Source of the DNA: an uncultured Acidobacteriota bacterium
Lineage (GTDB): Bacteria; Acidobacteriota; Polarisedimenticolia; J045
Direction: 5' to 3'
DNA: 64,000 nucleotides
NCBI GenBank assembly: GCA_963702425.1
Contig: CAVPCQ010000011.1
Span: forward strand, 224,001 to 288,000
The position numbers and the translations under genes are program-made. The notes under the pieces are model-generated. The model worked only from the letters and a program-made list of their open reading frames with translations, searched no databases and was not told where the DNA came from. Shown here piece after piece: positions 52,961-64,000 of this stretch (the stretch's first letter is position 1; each line of letters starts with the position of its first letter).

Positions 52961-53768
52961 CCAGCACCACCTCGGGCGGGCACCTGTAACGCACCGGGAG
53001 GTACACCGTCCCGACCCCACGGCTGACGAACAACTGCGTCCCATCCTGGGACACGAGCCCGGAGGCGGCCGGGAACTTCCGGGCGGCCACTGCGCCGAGC
53101 CCGGGCAGGACCACCTGCCCACCATGGGTGTGTCCCGCCAACACCAGAGGGAATCCGAGGGCCACGGCCTCGCGCAGGCGCCGCGGATCGTGCGCGAGCA
53201 GCAGGCGCGCGGGCTGCGTTCGATCGACCAGTGGCGCGATCTCGTCCAGGCGGCGCGTCCAGTACCTCACGCCGACGAGGTCGAGGGCCTGCCCGGACAC
53301 GGTGAGCCTGGTGCGATCGTCCTTCAAGACCTGGATCCCAGCGCGAGTGAGCGCCGCCGGCACGAAGCGGTCGTCGTCGTGGTTGCCGAGCACGGCGAAC
53401 ACGCCATGTGGGGCGCGAAGCCTGGCCAGAGACTCGGCGACGGAATCGACGTAGGTCCGTTCGGCGAACGAGACGTAGTCGCCGCCGAGGACAACCAGGT
53501 CGGGCCGAAGCGACAGCATGGACTCGACCGCACGATCGACAAGCGCGCGCGAGACCGTACTGCTGCGGTGGATGTCGGTGAGGAAGCCGACCGTCAGGCC
53601 GTCCAGCGCGAGCGGCCAGTCGCCAAGTCCGACCGGCTGTCGCGTGATTCCGAGGTCTGACTGCTCGTGGATCACCGTATCGGCATTGAGGCCCGTCAGC
53701 GTGCCCACAACGACGGCCGTCGCGAGTTCGAGCACTCGTCGGCGCGACGGGTCGTGGGCAACGGCCAT
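52911..53768 (-). CDS. Metallophosphoesterase (YkuE-like), possible Tat signal
   Basis: TDIH, GGDY, LGNHD, LAHDP, AGHTHGGQ; SRRRVL near the N-terminus. Confidence 0.9.
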   Translation of the reverse strand: MAVAHDPSRRRVLELATAVVVGTLTGLNADTVIHEQSDLGITRQPVGLGDWPLALDGLTVGFLTDIHRSSTVSRALVDRAVESMLSLRPDLVVLGGDYVSFAERTYVDSVAESLARLRAPHGVFAVLGNHDDDRFVPAALTRAGIQVLKDDRTRLTVSGQALDLVGVRYWTRRLDEIAPLVDRTQPARLLLAHDPRRLREAVALGFPLVLAGHTHGGQVVLPGLGAVAARKFPAASGLVSQDGTQLFVSRGVGTVYLPVRYRCPPEVVLVTLRRAPHEALPAAPE

Positions 53769-54130
53769 GTCCGCATCGTATACCGCCGCCCCCCCGGCGG
53801 GCCGGGCGCACTCGCCGATTCTTGCTCCCGAGCGGGTGACGCCGCGGCGGATGCCCGCGGGGCGTGAGCGCGGAGGGCCGCAGGCGGGAGCGCGCAGGGT
53901 GATTCCGGGCGGCCGCCGCCCGGCGCGGCGCCGACGCGGCGGCAGGACCCGCCCGTCGGGGGGGCCACGCCGCGACAACTGGTCGTGCACTCCGGCAGGC
54001 CCCTGAACGTGTGTTCCGCGCGCAGGGCGGCTATGCTGTTCTGCCCGGGGAAGCGTGCGCGCCGGTCGGGGACCGGCGAGGTCCCTCGCCTTCCCGCGAC
54101 AACGTGCAGGACGCGAAGGAGCAACGGATC

Positions 54131-55414
54131 GTGAGCGTGACGAGCGTGTTCGACGAGTTCAACTGGCGTGGGATGGTGTACGAGGCCACGGAGGGCCTGG
54201 CGGAGGTGCTGGCCACGCAGTCCCTCACCTGCTACATCGGGTTCGACCCCACGGCGTCGAGTCTCCACGTCGGGTCGTTGTTGCCGATCATGGCGCTCGC
54301 GCGGATGCAGCGTGCCGGGCATCGCCCCATTGCCATCGTGGGGGGCGGTACCGGGCTGATCGGCGATCCCAGCGGCAAGACGCTGGAGCGGCAACTGCAG
54401 ACCCGCGAGCAGGTGGCCGCCAATCTCGTCGGCATCCGCGAACAGTTGTCCCGCTTCCTCGACTTCGATCGCGCAACGAATGCCGCCCAGATCGTGGACA
54501 ACGCCGACTGGCTCGCGACGATCGACTTGATGTCCTTCCTTCGCGACGTCGGCAAGCACTTCACCGTCAATTACATGCTGGCGAAGGAATCCGTTCGGCG
54601 GCGCCTCGAGGCCGAGGAGGGCATCTCCTACACCGAGTTCAGCTACCTTCTGCTCCAGTCCTACGACTTCCTCGTGCTGAACGAGCGCTACGGGTGCACC
54701 CTGCAGTTGGGCGGCAGCGACCAGTGGGGCAACATCACCGCCGGGTGCGACCTCATCAGGAAGCTGCGGGGCATGCGCGCGCACGGGCTCGTCATGCCGC
54801 TGGTCACGACCGCCGCCGGGGTGAAGTTCGGAAAGACCGAAGCCGGCACGGTGTGGTTGGACGCGGCCAGGACCTCACCCTTCCGCTTCTACCAGTTCTG
54901 GCTCAATGCCGACGATCGGGACGTGCCAACCTACCTGAAGTACTTCACGTTCCTCTCGAAAGGCGACGTCGCGTCCGTGGAAGAGGAGATGGCACGCGCG
55001 CCGGAGCGCCGCGAAGCCCAGCGCGTGCTGGCGCGGACCGTGACGACGCTCGTGCACGGCGACGGCGCGGTCCAGCGTGCCGAGCGCGCGTCGCAATTGC
55101 TGTTCGGTGAGGGCATCTCGGAGCTCAGCGCGGACGAGGTGCTGGATGTCTTCGACGATGTGCCGTCGACGGACTGGCCAGTCGACGCGTTCCAGGGAGA
55201 CGGTGTTGGCATTGCAGACGTGCTGGTGAAGACCGCGCTTGCGCCGTCCAAGAGCGAGGCGATGCGGCTCGTGAAGGGGGGCGGGGTCTCGGTGAACAAC
55301 CGCCGCGTGTCGCAGGAACGCGAGCGATTGACGCAAGCGATGGCCATTGGCGGGCGCGTGTTCGTCGTCCGGAGAGGCGCGCGGCAGCAGCACCTGGTGC
55401 GGCTGATCGGCTAA
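54131..55414 (+). CDS. tyrS: Tyrosine--tRNA ligase
   Basis: YIGFDPTASSLHVGS, GGSDQWGNI, KFGKT, C-terminal S4 domain. Confidence 0.97.
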   Translation: MSVTSVFDEFNWRGMVYEATEGLAEVLATQSLTCYIGFDPTASSLHVGSLLPIMALARMQRAGHRPIAIVGGGTGLIGDPSGKTLERQLQTREQVAANLVGIREQLSRFLDFDRATNAAQIVDNADWLATIDLMSFLRDVGKHFTVNYMLAKESVRRRLEAEEGISYTEFSYLLLQSYDFLVLNERYGCTLQLGGSDQWGNITAGCDLIRKLRGMRAHGLVMPLVTTAAGVKFGKTEAGTVWLDAARTSPFRFYQFWLNADDRDVPTYLKYFTFLSKGDVASVEEEMARAPERREAQRVLARTVTTLVHGDGAVQRAERASQLLFGEGISELSADEVLDVFDDVPSTDWPVDAFQGDGVGIADVLVKTALAPSKSEAMRLVKGGGVSVNNRRVSQERERLTQAMAIGGRVFVVRRGARQQHLVRLIG

Positions 55415-55424
55415 GTGCTTGATT
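55412..55424. promoter_or_regulatory. IHF-like site upstream of the rrn promoters
   Basis: TAAGTGCTTGATT matches TAANNNNTTGATW. Confidence 0.45.
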
Positions 55425-55505
55425 CAATTGAAATTGACGCACGCAGGGCCCCGGCGGGCCCAGGAAGAGAAGATCGCCGCCGATCGTTTAGTGATCGTTT
55501 AGGGG

Positions 55506-55534
55506 TTGACAGCTTCCGCGGGCCCGCGTATAAC
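55506..55534 (+). promoter_or_regulatory. rrn promoter P1 (sigma70)
   Basis: TTGACA-17 bp-TATAAC. Confidence 0.8.
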
Positions 55535-55714
55535 TACAAATCCGCGCCGGCCACGGGGTCTTCCACAGGCCGGCGCTGACCGAGGCAGTCGCTGCCCTGG
55601 TCGTCTGACGCACTCAGTCGCGTCAACAACCCTAGCCGAGACACACGGGAACTTCCCACGGGTCGGCAAGGCGTCGCCTAGCGAAAGAAATTTCGCTGGC
55701 GATGAAAAAAGCGG

Positions 55715-55743
55715 TTGACACGGGTGAGGGTCGAAGATAGGAT
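55715..55743 (+). promoter_or_regulatory. rrn promoter P2 (sigma70), followed by a boxA-like sequence near 55790
   Basis: A-tract, TTGACA-17 bp-TAGGAT; GTTCTTTGAAAA downstream. Confidence 0.8.
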
Positions 55744-55977
55744 TGAAAGCCCGCTGAAGAGCGGGAACGGCGTCCCGAGAGGCCGCCGGTTCTTTGAAAA
55801 CTAGATAGAACGCACGCACAACCCGTCGAGTGTCAGCCGGGCGCGCGCAGCCCCGCAAGGGGCTGGACGGCGTCCACTACACAAGACAACCGACAACGCA
55901 ATACGGAGCCAATTTTGGCTCTCGCGTTGGGGAAATTGCTCGATCTGGCCCGCAAGGGCTGGAGAGGGCGACCAACT

Positions 55978-57533
<1,556 letters not shown>

Positions 57534-57680
57534 GAGATTGGCCGGCCGCGCGGCCCGCAAGGGCGCGCGGTGGCCGAGCGAACTCGAGATCGATCTGGCA
57601 CTCAGGGGTGTGCGATACGCGTTCTATCTAGTTTTGAGGGAACCGGCCCCGGATCGGGTGGCGGTTCTTTGACAGGGCTT

Positions 57681-57758
<78 letters not shown>

Positions 57759-57808
57759 GCGTTCAGGCTGAGAGACGAGCCTTCCGCGGCCAACGAGGAT
57801 GTTCGTTC

Positions 57809-57884
57809 GGGGAATTAGCTCAGCTGGGAGAGCGCCTGGTTTGCAACCAGGAGGTCACCGGTTCGAGCCCGGTATTCTCCACCA
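57809..57884 (+). tRNA. tRNA-Ala(TGC)
   Basis: Cloverleaf, anticodon TGC, G3:U70 pair, encoded CCA. Confidence 0.97.
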
Positions 57885-58095
57885 GCTTCGCTCGCGGCGC
57901 TGCGACGCAGCTCGGCCGGCGGCAAGGGGGGCTGTGACGAAGCTGGCAATACTCGGCTGCGAAGCACCGTAGTTGCTCGCGAACGCTGACGTTCTTTGAC
58001 AACTGAATATCCTGCAAACGGTAGTTCTGACTCACACACGCGAAGTGCGTGCGATCGCGGGCGGCTTCGGCCGCGTGCGCGAGTTCCAGGTTTAT

Positions 58096-61091
<2,996 letters not shown>

Positions 61092-61334
61092 TAAACCTCA
61101 TCAGCACGAATCGCTGCGTGCGTCGCCAGATCGAGCTACCGTTTGCAGGGTATTCAGTTGTCACGCTCTTTGACATCAAGATTGCGACGACGGCCTCATG
61201 CGCGACGGAATATGTCGCCCCCAGAGGTAATCGCGGCCGGGAGCACCCGGCCTTCGGTCAGATCAGGTTCGCTTGGCTGACCGATCGCGAGCATCCTTCC
61301 CCGCCAGCTTCGCGGTGCGGCGCGGGAGCCACCT

Positions 61335-61452
<118 letters not shown>

Positions 61453-61460
61453 GTGAATCC

Positions 61461-61501
61461 AGCAAAGGCCCGACGCCGAAAGGCGCCGGGCCTTTTGCTT
61501 T
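61461..61501 (+). terminator. Rho-independent terminator after the rrn operon
   Basis: AAAGGCCCGACGCC-GAAA-GGCGCCGGGCCTTTTGCTTT hairpin with T tract. Confidence 0.85.
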
Positions 61502-61573
61502 GTGTGCGCCGTACCCCCGCCGCCGGACCCCGTCCGTAGTCGCGTCGCGCGCGCAAACAGCGCCGTCGCTGCA

Positions 61574-61611
61574 TGTAAGCGCTTGACAATCCGCGCGCGT
61601 ACGGCAAGATT
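61574..61611 (+). promoter_or_regulatory. Promoter with overlapping LacI-family-like operator
   Basis: TGTAAGCGCTTGACA: near-palindromic AAGCGCTT core overlapping a TTGACA -35. Confidence 0.5.
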
Positions 61612-61679
61612 CCCCGACTCGGGTCCGGGGACTCCTCCCCGCCGTCCCTCTCCCAATCGCGCACGGATTCAGGAGAACA

Positions 61680-63485
<1,806 letters not shown>

Positions 63486-63739
63486 CGTCAGGCAGGAGCC
63501 GCCGCTCGCGCGGCTCCTGCTCTCCGCGTTCGTGCGCTCGCGTCGAGGACGGGTGCCCGCGACGAGCCTGCCGCGGCCGCACGCGGGCCTTTGCCCTGTT
63601 CTCGCGGTACAATTCGCCGGGCGCGACTTCCGCGGCCACGTTCGGGCCCGATGCCTGCCTGCGTCGAGCGACAGCCATACGCCGCCATGCGGCCGGCGCT
63701 GGAGTGTGCCGATAGCCAAGCGCCGACGGTCGAGAGGCG

Positions 63740-64000
63740 ATGAACCAGATGCCCGTCCTGACGCTCCCAGGGGGCTCCGCCCTCTCCGATTTTCGCATCG
63801 ACAAGCTCAATGCTCGCCTGGCGGTTCTGGACGCACGCCTCCGCGTGGGCGCCGCGAGGTTCTGGCACTTCGTCGAGGTCGACGACACCTTCGGCGACGC
63901 CGAACGCGCGGTGCTCGACAGCCTGCTGGGAACGAGCACGGCGCCGCACGCAGCGGCCGACCAAGGCGCCCGCTCGGGACCCTGGTCGTGCCCCGTCTCG
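63740..64000 (+). CDS. purL: N-terminus of large-type phosphoribosylformylglycinamidine synthase; frameshift near 63778, runs off window
   Basis: VLTLPGAP/ALSDFRIDKLNARL...FWHFVEV...ERAVLDSLLG resembles the E. coli PurL N-terminus (LRGSPALSAFRINKL...YVHFAD). Confidence 0.7.
   Translation, partial: MNQMPVLTLPGGSALSDFRIDKLNARLAVLDARLRVGAARFWHFVEVDDTFGDAERAVLDSLLGTSTAPHAAADQGARSGPWSCPVS

Noticed and set aside
63600-63735. Possible ZTP/purine riboswitch before purL
   Set aside because: A TACAAT -10-like box is present, but I could not find the conserved riboswitch core motifs.

Overview
High-GC bacterial chromosomal window. The 16S rRNA carries the Acidobacteriota 31F signature GATCCTGGCTCAGAATC and looks Vicinamibacteria-like. 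The left ~46.9 kb holds mostly intact housekeeping and envelope genes: acnA, an FG-GAP protein, DUF481, aqpZ, PPi-type PFK, PPK2, a TRAP-T transporter, a TolC/MFP/RND pump with an unusual C-terminal fusion, tricorn and M16 proteases, a putative nucleotidyltransferase toxin-antitoxin pair, uvrA, folD, coaE, pyrE and the start of a Wza/Wzc exopolysaccharide locus. The most striking structure is a ~2.5 kb lower-GC, integrase-free cassette (M50-like peptidase, thioredoxin-like lipoprotein, a gene remnant, a decayed Lgt-like gene). It is bracketed by a 168-bp direct repeat of the uvrA 3' end, so two alternative UvrA C-termini are present. At ~46,900 wzc runs without a stop into the middle of an M16 peptidase, and beyond that point frameshifts become frequent (purB, purF, purM, SSS symporter, purL), which suggests an assembly chimera or low-coverage long-read segment. 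The right part contains pur genes, tyrS, a complete rrn operon (16S-Ile-Ala-23S-5S), a sugar-type sodium:solute symporter and the start of a large-type purL. All family calls come from motif recognition by eye; no database searches were run.
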